Shown piece after piece: positions 54,365-62,798 of a stretch of 64,000 nucleotides of DNA. The stretch spans positions 124,001 through 188,000 of IMG/VR virus record IMGVR_UViG_3300020202_000061. One strand, written 5' to 3'. Each line of letters begins with the position of its first letter. Position 1 is the first letter of the stretch. The notes under the pieces are model-generated. The model was not told the DNA's origin. It searched no databases and was given only the letters and a program-made list of their open reading frames with translations. The position numbers and the translations under genes are program-made.

Positions 54365-54385
54365 TTTTGTAGAGGAAACACGACT

Positions 54386-54424
54386 ATGTTGTTGCGTGAA
54401 GAGGAATCGATGAAGGCTGTGTAA
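54386..54424 (+). CDS. Leader peptide MLLREEESMKAV (GAA-GAG-GAA) of the tRNA-Glu operon
   Basis: AGAGGA RBS 9 nt upstream; 3' end overlaps the antiterminator strand. Confidence 0.7.
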   Translation: MLLREEESMKAV

Positions 54425-54482
54425 TGTGACCAACATTGTTGGTGCACACGCAGCCGCCTGGAGAAATCCCGGCGGCTTTTTT
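54415..54482 (+). promoter_or_regulatory. Transcription attenuator: antiterminator 54415-54455 versus terminator 54452-54482
   Basis: GGCTGTGT pairs with ACGCAGCC around the GTG-ACCAAC/GTTGGT-G-CAC hairpin; terminator AGCCGCC-TGGA-GAAA-TCCC-GGCGGCT-TTTTT shares AGCC. Confidence 0.75.
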
Positions 54483-54490
54483 GTTGCTCT

Positions 54491-54567
54491 GTCCCTGTCG
54501 TCTAGCGGTCAAGGATGCCACCCTCTCAAGGTGGAGATCACGGGTTCGAATCCCGTCAGGGACGCCA
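54491..54567 (+). tRNA. tRNA-Glu(CUC)
   Basis: GTCCCTG/CAGGGAC, CCACC-CTCTCAA-GGTGG, TTCGAAT, CCA. Confidence 0.95.
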
Positions 54568-54581
54568 AGAATACGAACGAT

Positions 54582-54657
54582 GGCTCGTTCATCTAGTGGC
54601 CTAGGATACCGGACTTTCACTCCGGGTACACGGGTTCGACTCCCGTACGAGCTACCA
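54582..54657 (+). tRNA. tRNA-Glu(UUC)
   Basis: GGCTCGT/ACGAGCT, CCGGA-CTTTCAC-TCCGG, TTCGACT, CCA. Confidence 0.92.
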
Positions 54658-54659
54658 GA

Positions 54660-54734
54660 CGCCCATTCGTCTACTGCCTAGGACACTGGCCTTTCAAGCC
54701 AGGGGAAGGGGATGGATACCCCTATGGGCGACCA
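54660..54734 (+). tRNA. tRNA-Glu(UUC) with non-canonical T-loop
   Basis: CGCCCAT/ATGGGCG, CTGGC-CTTTCAA-GCCAG, T-loop ATGGATA, CCA. Confidence 0.85.
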
Positions 54735-54760
54735 GTTTCAGTTCCCGAACGGTAGTAGGG

Positions 54761-54837
54761 TGCTGGGGTGAAGCGGGGTTCGAGTCCCCAAGCGGATCGG
54801 TTCGACTCCGACTCGCGCAGGTGCAATATCCCCAGCG
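54761..54837 (+). ncRNA. tRNA-like element with two T-loop hairpins
   Basis: GCTGGGG/CCCCAGC closing stem; GGGG-TTCGAGT-CCCC and TCGG-TTCGACT-CCGA. Confidence 0.5.
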
Positions 54838-54841
54838 TTTT

Positions 54842-54922
54842 CCCCCGTGGGATTGCGGTTGGTGTGATCGCCGGTTTCTCAAATCGGAGCACAGATGGGT
54901 TCGACGCCCATACGGGGGACCA
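54842..54922 (+). tRNA. tRNA-Glu(CUC), divergent
   Basis: CCCCCGT/ACGGGGG, D-stem GATT/GATC, CCGGT-TTCTCAA-ATCGG, ATGGG-TTCGACG-CCCAT, CCA. Confidence 0.8.
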
Positions 54923-54965
54923 AAACTCCTAGACAAGATCGGGAAATCCTGGTATTACCGATCTC

Positions 54966-55319
54966 ATGCCGGTTCTCAAACATAAAATTCCCTGCAACCA
55001 GTGTCCGTTCCGACGCAAATCCGCGCCGGGCTATTTGGGTGCGGACACGCCGGAGCATTTCATTCAAACCACCCTGGCCGAGGCTCACATGCCCTGTCAT
55101 TGCGCCATCGACTACGAGCGCAAGGATTGGAAAACCCGACAGTATCCCAAGGCTGCTTTGTGCGCCGGGGCACTGACGTTCTTGAAAAACACCTGCAAAC
55201 TCCCACGTGATGAAGTGCTGCGTGAGGCCATGAAGGAAATTCCGGCAAATCATGCCGAGGTATTCTCGTTCGCTCCGCAGTTTCTGGAACACCACAACTC
55301 CCTGAAAGGACGCCGCTGA
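54966..55319 (+). CDS. Cys-rich hypothetical protein
   Basis: PCNQCPFR...CH...CAG. Confidence 0.65.
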   Translation: MPVLKHKIPCNQCPFRRKSAPGYLGADTPEHFIQTTLAEAHMPCHCAIDYERKDWKTRQYPKAALCAGALTFLKNTCKLPRDEVLREAMKEIPANHAEVFSFAPQFLEHHNSLKGRR

Positions 55320-55930
55320 TGTTCACGTTGATCGGACGCCTCGAATTCACCGGTTGGTTTAACCGGCCGTGGGCGCTGCACCCTCGTGATGGCGGTAAGG
55401 TATTCGATCTGTACTCTCTCATCAATGAGTCCCTCAAGGGTCTCAACGGCAAGCGGGTGACCATGGATTACAGTTTGTCCTCGCTTCACCTGAAACGGGA
55501 TGAGGAGTCGGAATTCGTTGTGGAGTATCGCGAGGATGAGATCGCCAGTCTGACCAAAGTCGAGGGCTTCGGTTTCACCAATCTTGGTGCGTATATCCCT
55601 CGTGCGTTCCAGACGTTCAACGGTCGCACGGTCTATTTCACCGCGCACGACGACGGTGGGTTTCAGATCACGCCGGATGACACCGAGGTCCTCAACGAGG
55701 TCTGGTTCGGCGGCGAGGGAAATCTGTGCCCGGTCGGCGACGATACGGTGAAGAACGTGTGCCGTCCTGGCACCACCGATACCTGTATCTTTCTGGTCGC
55801 GGGCGGTAATGGGTTCGAGTGTGCCAAATTCTGTTCCGCCACGGCGCGAACAATCCTTGACCGTCACCACAATCAAACGATGCGGGCGTCCCGTATCGGC
55901 AACTGCAAACTCATGGGAAGGAAGAAATAA
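55319..55930 (+). CDS. Hypothetical protein with C-terminal Cys cluster
   Basis: TGATG coupling. Confidence 0.65.
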   Translation: MFTLIGRLEFTGWFNRPWALHPRDGGKVFDLYSLINESLKGLNGKRVTMDYSLSSLHLKRDEESEFVVEYREDEIASLTKVEGFGFTNLGAYIPRAFQTFNGRTVYFTAHDDGGFQITPDDTEVLNEVWFGGEGNLCPVGDDTVKNVCRPGTTDTCIFLVAGGNGFECAKFCSATARTILDRHHNQTMRASRIGNCKLMGRKK

Positions 55931-56088
55931 TGGCCGCCAAGAACATGCCCTACCGCAAGCAGGCTCGTCGCCTGGGCGCGTTGAAGCGCTTCAAGATGAA
56001 AGAGTCCCGCAAGGGCGTGCAGTCCCTAGAGAACCGCAAGATCGAACTGGATCGGTTGACGGTCCTGGTCGGTAAGGGTTCTCACTAA
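55930..56088 (+). CDS. Small basic protein (52 aa)
   Basis: TAATG coupling; MAAKNMPYRKQARR... Confidence 0.5.
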   Translation: MAAKNMPYRKQARRLGALKRFKMKESRKGVQSLENRKIELDRLTVLVGKGSH

Positions 56089-56118
56089 ACCACCACGATC
56101 CATTGCCGGGAGACTGAC

Positions 56119-56361
56119 ATGCTGCTGACTGTGAACAACGACTCCACCAGTCGCCCTGGTCCAGACTTCGTGAAGAAGCTTCGGGAGTGCGATGACGTGC
56201 TCGAATACTCCGAGTGCGGCTGGTTCTGCGTGACGGGTTGGCGCACCGTCAATGGCGAACGGCGTCGGCACCTGCATGTCCATTTCAACTCGCGCGAGGA
56301 ATACCGGAACATGGTGGAGCCTCGGATCGACGAGTTCTTCACAGGACGGAGATATGGGTAA
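56119..56361 (+). CDS. Hypothetical protein
   Basis: GGAG RBS. Confidence 0.55.
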   Translation: MLLTVNNDSTSRPGPDFVKKLRECDDVLEYSECGWFCVTGWRTVNGERRRHLHVHFNSREEYRNMVEPRIDEFFTGRRYG

Positions 56362-56596
56362 ACTGATCGAGAAGGACGGCAAACACTACCGTCAACGTCG
56401 AGGCAAGCTCGTGGAGATTCCAGCCGAATGGGTCGGACAGGTTCCGCATCCACAAACCATTAACAAGCGTCCGAGCAAGCAAATCCACAAGCTGAGGAAG
56501 ATCGGCAAGCGCAGGAAGATCGGCAAGCGCAGGAAGAACGGTACCGTTCGGGATTCGAATGGACCGCGTCCTGGCACGGTGCCTCTGCAAGACTGA
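56354..56596 (+). CDS. Small very basic protein with RKIGKR tandem repeat
   Basis: GGAG RBS before ATG 56354; 18-nt repeat 56495-56537. Confidence 0.6.
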   Translation: MGKLIEKDGKHYRQRRGKLVEIPAEWVGQVPHPQTINKRPSKQIHKLRKIGKRRKIGKRRKNGTVRDSNGPRPGTVPLQD

Positions 56597-56608
56597 GGGG
56601 AAACAAGT

Positions 56609-57820
56609 ATGGCGAAGTTTGAAGTGCCCGTGGTTCGCGTTCGTGCGGTCGAGAAGCATCCGAACGCTGATCGACTCGATATCGTCCGTATCGGCGACTA
56701 CAACTGCATCAGCAACAAGAAAGAGGACGGCACGTCCAGGTATGCGCCGGGCGATCTCGTCGTCTACGTCCCGGAGGGTGCCATCGTTCCAGAGTGGTTG
56801 CTCCGCATGGGCTTCTGGAATGAAAAGACCAACATGGGTCTGCTCGCCGGACCTCAGGGCAATCGCGTGAAGGCGGTGACCCTGCGTGGGGTCATCAGCC
56901 AGGGCATTATGTTTCCGGTCAGCACTGGTGACGTGCAGGGCTTTCCCCTGGGTGATCCCAACATGAACGCGCCCTGGATCAGCGTTGAAGAGGGTCAGAA
57001 CCTCGCGACCGATCTCAACATCATCAAGTATGAGCCGGAGATTCCCGATTGCCTCAAAGGTTCGGTTGCGTCCTGCCACGGATGGACTCTCAAGGGCGAT
57101 CTGGAGAACGTCAAGAAGTTCCCCGACATCCTCCAAGAGGGTGAGGAAGTCGTGATGACCGAGAAGGTTCACGGCGTCTACATGCAGATCGGTTATGTAC
57201 CGAATTTGGAGTTCGAGATCGATGCCGACGAGAGCAATGGGCTCTACAAGGATGGCGATTGGTTCGTCACGTCCAAGGGTCTGGCCGAGGTCGGCATGGT
57301 ATTTCAGTTGAACGAGGAGAACGCTGAGAACCTCTACGTGAAGATGTTTCGCAAGATGAAGGAACGTCTGGAGTGGCTCTACAACGACATGTACGAGAAG
57401 TGGCAACAGACTCAGGATCGTTACTACCCGGAGAATCGCCCGTTCTACCTGATCGGTGAACTTTACGGGCCGGGCGTCCAGGACCTCCACTACAGTTTCC
57501 AGCAGGAGTTCGTCGCCCACGACATCTACATGGGTCAGCCCGGCAACGGTTGGTATCTGGATGAGGATCAGTTCGCCTATCATACCGAAAGGGCTCACAT
57601 CGACCGTGCGCCGGTCCTCTATAAGGGTCCGTTCTCGAAGGGGGTGATGCTCCAGCACACGAGTGGGCCAAGCGTCTTGGCTCTCGGAAAGCACATTCGT
57701 GAGGGACTGGTGGTGAAGCCCATGCAGAACCGCCGAGACGACCGGATCGGTCGCGTCATGCTGAAATCGGTCAGCGACGAATACTTGCTCCGTAAGGGAG
57801 ACGCTACGGAGTACGCATGA
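56609..57820 (+). CDS. RNA ligase, DRB0094/Rnl2-like family with N-terminal OB domain
   Basis: HPNADRL, YVPEG, LRG.ISQG, motif I EKVHG, GELYGPGVQ, REGLVVK, LKSVSDEYL. Confidence 0.9.
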   Translation: MAKFEVPVVRVRAVEKHPNADRLDIVRIGDYNCISNKKEDGTSRYAPGDLVVYVPEGAIVPEWLLRMGFWNEKTNMGLLAGPQGNRVKAVTLRGVISQGIMFPVSTGDVQGFPLGDPNMNAPWISVEEGQNLATDLNIIKYEPEIPDCLKGSVASCHGWTLKGDLENVKKFPDILQEGEEVVMTEKVHGVYMQIGYVPNLEFEIDADESNGLYKDGDWFVTSKGLAEVGMVFQLNEENAENLYVKMFRKMKERLEWLYNDMYEKWQQTQDRYYPENRPFYLIGELYGPGVQDLHYSFQQEFVAHDIYMGQPGNGWYLDEDQFAYHTERAHIDRAPVLYKGPFSKGVMLQHTSGPSVLALGKHIREGLVVKPMQNRRDDRIGRVMLKSVSDEYLLRKGDATEYA

Positions 57821-58332
57821 CGAACTGGGGCAAGATTTACCACCGGAAGGCTCGATTCACTAGGGATGAGGTTTATGGACGGTTTGGCTGTCCTCCGGCG
57901 AATCGTTCGAAGATCGTCGTCGATCTGCATGGTGAATGCACGTCAGTAAATCAACTTCGCCTGCGGGTGTTCTGGAACACCGGGTTTAGGTGTGTGGCGT
58001 GTTCAGCCGAACTGACCCATTTCTTCCAGGAGGCCCATGCCAACGACCCCAAGGTGAAATATCTGTTGGAGTTTCCTCCTGCCGGGGGTGGAAGTGGGAT
58101 TAAGTTTCATCTGAACGCTTATGGTCTGAACGAGTATGGTCATGAGGTCATGATGACCATCGACCATATTAAACCCCGGTGTCATGGCGGTAATAATCGC
58201 CTACACAACCTCACCACTCTTTGTTCGACCTGCAATGGAAAGAAGGGCGCAGACTTGAATTGGCTCAAAGACCTCCCACGTAATTCCCAGGGGTTTTTGG
58301 TGCCTCGCCCACATTTGCAGAATATTGAGTGA
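57817..58332 (+). CDS. HNH-motif protein
   Basis: CVAC; MTIDHIKP...GG.N...N...LC..CN..KG. Confidence 0.8.
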   Translation: MTNWGKIYHRKARFTRDEVYGRFGCPPANRSKIVVDLHGECTSVNQLRLRVFWNTGFRCVACSAELTHFFQEAHANDPKVKYLLEFPPAGGGSGIKFHLNAYGLNEYGHEVMMTIDHIKPRCHGGNNRLHNLTTLCSTCNGKKGADLNWLKDLPRNSQGFLVPRPHLQNIE

Positions 58333-59231
58333 TGTTCGATTCCATTGAAAAACCACCCGTGTGCGGAATCGCGTGCGGGGAAGCTGTCAATCTGCTCCGA
58401 GAGTATCCAGATGATTCGCTGGGTCTCGCCGTGACCAGTCCACCCTACAACATCAAGATGCCTTACGCGGATGGCGTCAGTGATAACCGCAGGGATTATG
58501 ACGAGTGGACTCTGGAATGGATCAGGGAAACCCTGCGCGTCTGCAAGGATGGGTTGATGATGAATCTCGCCCCATCGCCGAGCACGTCAACAAAGTTCTT
58601 CCGTGTGATGGGGCTGATCGCCCAACACTTTCATATCCAGAATTCTTGGGTTTGGGTGAAGTCGATCACCATTAATGAGACGACTTATGGGCATTTCAAG
58701 CCGGTGAATAGTGAATCTCATACGCATGTCTCGCACGAGCATGTCGTGTTGATTCAGAAGGACAAGAAGCACGAGGTCAAACTCGCTCGCAAGGCCATCG
58801 GCGTGCCCTACATGGATAAGTCCAACATCAAGCGTTTCAACCACGATTCCGATTTGCGTTGCCGTGGATCGACATGGTTTCTCCCCTACAAGACCCGACA
58901 GAAAAGCCTCGATCATCCTGCAACATATCCAGAGGATTTTGCTCGCATGATGATCCAGGTCGTGGACACCACGGGGATTGTGCTCGATCCCTTCGTCGGG
59001 TCAGGCACGACCATGGTTGCGGCTCACCAACTTGGGCTGCGCTCTATCGGATTCGACAAATCCCTAACCTATTGTGAAATGACTCGCGATAGGCTTGAGA
59101 AACTCCCGAATCCACCTAGATTGGCACTGCAAGGATTCGAGGATTCTCATGGAATTGATTGTCAAACCAACCCTCTACAAAAAGACTGCAACGGGGGCGA
59201 CTCAGATTTGGTATCAGGAGATCGAGGGTAA
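58332..59231 (+). CDS. DNA methyltransferase, N4C/N6A beta class
   Basis: TSPPYN, HPA.YP, VLDPFVGSGTT. Confidence 0.9.
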   Translation: MFDSIEKPPVCGIACGEAVNLLREYPDDSLGLAVTSPPYNIKMPYADGVSDNRRDYDEWTLEWIRETLRVCKDGLMMNLAPSPSTSTKFFRVMGLIAQHFHIQNSWVWVKSITINETTYGHFKPVNSESHTHVSHEHVVLIQKDKKHEVKLARKAIGVPYMDKSNIKRFNHDSDLRCRGSTWFLPYKTRQKSLDHPATYPEDFARMMIQVVDTTGIVLDPFVGSGTTMVAAHQLGLRSIGFDKSLTYCEMTRDRLEKLPNPPRLALQGFEDSHGIDCQTNPLQKDCNGGDSDLVSGDRG

Positions 59232-60291
59232 CAAATACCGCACCGTCTCCGGCCAACTCGATGGGCAGAAAGTCACCGCTGAATGGACCGTATGTGAGGG
59301 TAAGAACCTCGGTCGCGCCAACGCGACTACTCCAGAGCAGCAGGCCGGTCTGGAAGTGGAATCCAACTACAAGAAGAAGCTCGCCCAGGGCGGTTACTCG
59401 AACAGTGTCAACGAGATCGACACTCCGAACTACTTCAAGCCGATGCTGGCCAAGGACTATGATGACTATCCGGTCACGGAGGAAATGTGCCAGAAGGGAT
59501 TGGTCTATTCCCAGGCCAAGTATGACGGGGTTCGCTGCATCGCCACGGTCGATGGGTTGTGGTCGCGACAGGGCAAACCGATTCTATCGGTTCCCCACAT
59601 CAGCGAAGCACTGACTGAGTTCTTCCAGCACTTCCCGGACATGATCCTGGATGGTGAACTCTACGCGGATAAGTTCGCGAACGACTTCAATAAGATCATC
59701 AGCCTCGTGCGCAAGGCCAAACCCGGTTACGAGGATTTCAAAGCCAGTCGTGAGCACATCAAATATTTCAACTATGATCTGCCCGGTCACGGTGACATGA
59801 CGTTTGGCGAGCGCATCGCCCTGCGTGATGTCTACTACGAGAGTTTCCTCGGTCGCCAATCAGTTCTGCATCCGGTCGAGACCCACAAGGTCGAGAGCAT
59901 GCAGCATCTGGACAACCTCAATGATCTCTACCTCCAGGCCGGAATGGAAGGCCAGATGGTTCGCATTGATGGTTATCCCTACGAGAACAAGCGCGTCAAG
60001 CATCTGCTCAAGCGCAAGGTTTTCATGGAAAAGGAATTCCCCATTGACGATGTTGTTGAGGGTATCGGTAATCGAGCGGGTATGGCCGGGAACCTCACAT
60101 ATCGTCTGGAAGATGGTAGAACGTTTGACTCCGGAATTCGTGGAGGGGTTGACTTCTACAAGGAACTCCTCAAGAATAAGGCCAAATACATTGGCGGTCA
60201 GGGCACTGTCAGGTATTTCAATCTTACGCCGGACGGAATCCCAAGATTTCCCGTCACGGTCGCTGTGTTTGAGGGAGAGAGGGACACCTAA
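59149..60291 (+). CDS. ATP-dependent DNA ligase
   Basis: KPMLA, KYDGVR, LDGELY, EG.M.R, LLK.K, PRFP; GAGG RBS. Confidence 0.92.
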   Translation: MELIVKPTLYKKTATGATQIWYQEIEGNKYRTVSGQLDGQKVTAEWTVCEGKNLGRANATTPEQQAGLEVESNYKKKLAQGGYSNSVNEIDTPNYFKPMLAKDYDDYPVTEEMCQKGLVYSQAKYDGVRCIATVDGLWSRQGKPILSVPHISEALTEFFQHFPDMILDGELYADKFANDFNKIISLVRKAKPGYEDFKASREHIKYFNYDLPGHGDMTFGERIALRDVYYESFLGRQSVLHPVETHKVESMQHLDNLNDLYLQAGMEGQMVRIDGYPYENKRVKHLLKRKVFMEKEFPIDDVVEGIGNRAGMAGNLTYRLEDGRTFDSGIRGGVDFYKELLKNKAKYIGGQGTVRYFNLTPDGIPRFPVTVAVFEGERDT

Positions 60292-60650
60292 TGGACGACG
60301 AGAAGTCGAGTGCATTGTTCAAGCGATTTCCCGCACTCAAGGGAATCGAACATTATGGGATGGCTATCGGTGTTGGCTGGTATGCTCTTCTGGAACAATT
60401 GCTCACCGACATCGAGCGTCTGAACCCCACGGGGTTTGAGGTGCTCCAGATCAAAGAGAAGTTCGGTGGTCTCCGTTTCTATTTCCGCGTGGATGAGGAA
60501 TTCCAAGAACCTCTGAACAAGCTGGTTGCTGAGGCTGAACGTGTGGCTGATTGCACCTGTGAGGTTTGTGGTGAGGTCGGTAAGATTCGCACGGATCGTT
60601 CCTGGCTGAAAACCCTCTGCGATACCCACGCGGTCAAGAAGAACTCTTGA
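60291..60650 (+). CDS. Conserved phage hypothetical protein
   Basis: GW..L, QIKEKFGGLRFY, CE.CG..G, W.KTLC. Confidence 0.7.
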   Translation: MDDEKSSALFKRFPALKGIEHYGMAIGVGWYALLEQLLTDIERLNPTGFEVLQIKEKFGGLRFYFRVDEEFQEPLNKLVAEAERVADCTCEVCGEVGKIRTDRSWLKTLCDTHAVKKNS

Positions 60651-60705
60651 CAAACCCTGGGGTTTCCCCCACTGTAGAATTGTTCAACTCTAACTGGGGA
60701 ATCTC

Positions 60706-61185
60706 ATGACTTCGAGACAACTGACGGCTATCTGGGTTGCTGCGATAGCCTTGATCGTAGGGTTTGCATATTCGGCCCACTCTCAGGATCGCGTCGGCGA
60801 GGTCAGCACCACGTGGCGGATCGTTGGTCCCAACGACAAGGTGGTGATCGACCGCTACGACGATCCCAAGGTCGAGAACGCCTCCTGCTACGTCAGTCAC
60901 GCCGAGACGGGTGGTATCGGGGGCGCGATGGGTCTGGCCGAGGACCCCAGCCGATTCTCCATCGCCTGCCGCGCCACCGGCCCGGTCAAGATCACCGGGG
61001 ATATCGACCGAACCGCCGAGGGCGAGGTCATCTTCTCCGAGGATACGTCGGTCCTGTTCAAGGAAATGCGTGTGAGCCGCTTCTACGACGCCAGCAAGAA
61101 CGTGTTGGTCTATCTGGTCTGGTCCACCGAACTGATCGACGGTTCGCCCTTCAACAGCGTGACCGCGATCCCACTCACCGAATGA
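60706..61185 (+). CDS. creA: CreA-family periplasmic protein
   Basis: Signal peptide; DDPKV....CYVS.A.TGG..G..GLAED.S..SIACR..GP; S..FK...V.R.YD. Confidence 0.88.
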   Translation: MTSRQLTAIWVAAIALIVGFAYSAHSQDRVGEVSTTWRIVGPNDKVVIDRYDDPKVENASCYVSHAETGGIGGAMGLAEDPSRFSIACRATGPVKITGDIDRTAEGEVIFSEDTSVLFKEMRVSRFYDASKNVLVYLVWSTELIDGSPFNSVTAIPLTE

Positions 61186-61466
61186 TCAAGCCCGGCGATT
61201 GGGTGGTCTGGATCAAGGATCGCCACTACTTCGGAATTGTCCGTGATGTGTTCATGGATTCGAACGGGGAGTGGCGTATCAATCTTTATTGCTATGATTT
61301 CTATGGGATTTGTTTCGGGCGCTTTACCGATGCTGGCCCTGGGGATTGCATCGCATACGAGCCGGGTTTGGCCATGTCTGGCTTTGAACGAATTCAGGAG
61401 CCAAAATTCCCAATTCCTGATGAAAATTGGGAGACTTACCTGATTCCACCACCAATGTTTCCTTGA
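61182..61466 (+). CDS. Hypothetical protein
   Basis: ATGA coupling. Confidence 0.55.
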   Translation: MIKPGDWVVWIKDRHYFGIVRDVFMDSNGEWRINLYCYDFYGICFGRFTDAGPGDCIAYEPGLAMSGFERIQEPKFPIPDENWETYLIPPPMFP

Positions 61467-61514
61467 CAAACCCTAGGGTTCCTGGTATACTCCTCTTGTC
61501 AATCAGGAGGACTC

Positions 61515-62369
61515 ATGGCCCGTTATACCTACGACCAGTTGCTCCAGCAGATTACCGCCCATAAGGCCGCTGGCATGATCTGGAACCAGGAGCACGAGGC
61601 TCTCAAGTATAACATCGCATCGGTGTTCGAAGCCGAGCGTAACCAGTTCAAGAGCGGTGATTTCATGGATCGCGTCCGTAACTCGGACGACCGTGAGTCC
61701 ATTCCGAACCAACTCTACTGGGCCTACCCGTTCGAGGCTCGCCATGCTGGCGCTGGCCTCAAGAAGGCCGCCAAGCTGGACCAGACCAACTCAGACGTGA
61801 TCTCGTTCACCACGCTGATGAACCGTTGGAAGGTGCTGGCCGATGCCCAGGCCGAGTTGAAGCCGCTCATCGTGAAGGGCCGCAAGCCCTCGACCGAGCC
61901 TCGCCTGACCCCGGCCCGTACTCTGGACCACACCGGCACCTGCGCGATCTGCGGTCGGAACGTGAAGCTGAACGAGGGCGGTAAGATCGTCGCTCACGGC
62001 TACACCATCCGCTACGGTTTCCAACAGGGCAACTGCTTCGGTGTGGGCTTCGATCCCATCGAAGTCAGCCCGGAAGGTCTGCATGGCGCGTTGAAGGTGC
62101 TGACCGGCATCATCGAGCGCACCAAGATCGCGATCACCGAGGCCGAGCAGGACAAGCGCGAGGAATACCCGGATTACAGCGCCGGAACCAACATGTATGG
62201 TGGTGCGCTCAAGCAGGCCAAGCGTGGCGAGCCTAACTTTGAGCGGGCTCGCGAGCGGGCCATCCGCACCATGCAGGCCAACCTCAAGCAGGCTCTGCGC
62301 GACGAGGTTCACTGGAATGAGCGCATCGTCGAGTGGAAGCCCGGAACCCTTCCTGGAGAACGGAAATGA
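61515..62369 (+). CDS. Early hypothetical protein with Zn-binding motif
   Basis: GTCAICGR...AHGY....C; strong promoter and AGGAGG RBS. Confidence 0.7.
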   Translation: MARYTYDQLLQQITAHKAAGMIWNQEHEALKYNIASVFEAERNQFKSGDFMDRVRNSDDRESIPNQLYWAYPFEARHAGAGLKKAAKLDQTNSDVISFTTLMNRWKVLADAQAELKPLIVKGRKPSTEPRLTPARTLDHTGTCAICGRNVKLNEGGKIVAHGYTIRYGFQQGNCFGVGFDPIEVSPEGLHGALKVLTGIIERTKIAITEAEQDKREEYPDYSAGTNMYGGALKQAKRGEPNFERARERAIRTMQANLKQALRDEVHWNERIVEWKPGTLPGERK

Positions 62370-62656
62370 GCACCAAGAACGATCTCGCCCTCCCCTCGAT
62401 CCACGTGAACGGGACCAGTAAGGATGAACTGGTTCGTCAACTCTCTGAGGCGCATCTGCGCCTGCAACAGGCTCGTGAAGCGCTGATGCAGGCTGCGCCT
62501 CACCAGCGAGATTACTACGTGCAGAAGGATCAGGGTAACTATTACCGTGCCCGGAAACAGTACGAGGCCCGACTCCTCAAGATCGAGGAAGTGATGAGCG
62601 AACTGCTCGATCTCGGCATCCTCATTCAAGATGGTGGCCACAAGGCGGAGGAATAG
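62366..62656 (+). CDS. Hypothetical protein
   Basis: P.IH.NGTS..EL...P..RDYY. Confidence 0.65.
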   Translation: MSTKNDLALPSIHVNGTSKDELVRQLSEAHLRLQQAREALMQAAPHQRDYYVQKDQGNYYRARKQYEARLLKIEEVMSELLDLGILIQDGGHKAEE

Positions 62657-62798
62657 ATGACTCTGGCTGGCCTGATCAAACTGACCTACGTGGCCCAGGG
62701 CATGGCTGTGCTATTTGCGCTGCTTGCCGCATTCTCCCTCGGTATGGCCGTCAATGGTCGGAGTCGTGCTCGGCTCCGAACCCAACAGGAGCCCTAAC

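Noticed and set aside
54384-54936. Short ORFs over the tRNA cluster, and 8859-9524 on the minus strand
   Set aside because: They overlap clear tRNA genes
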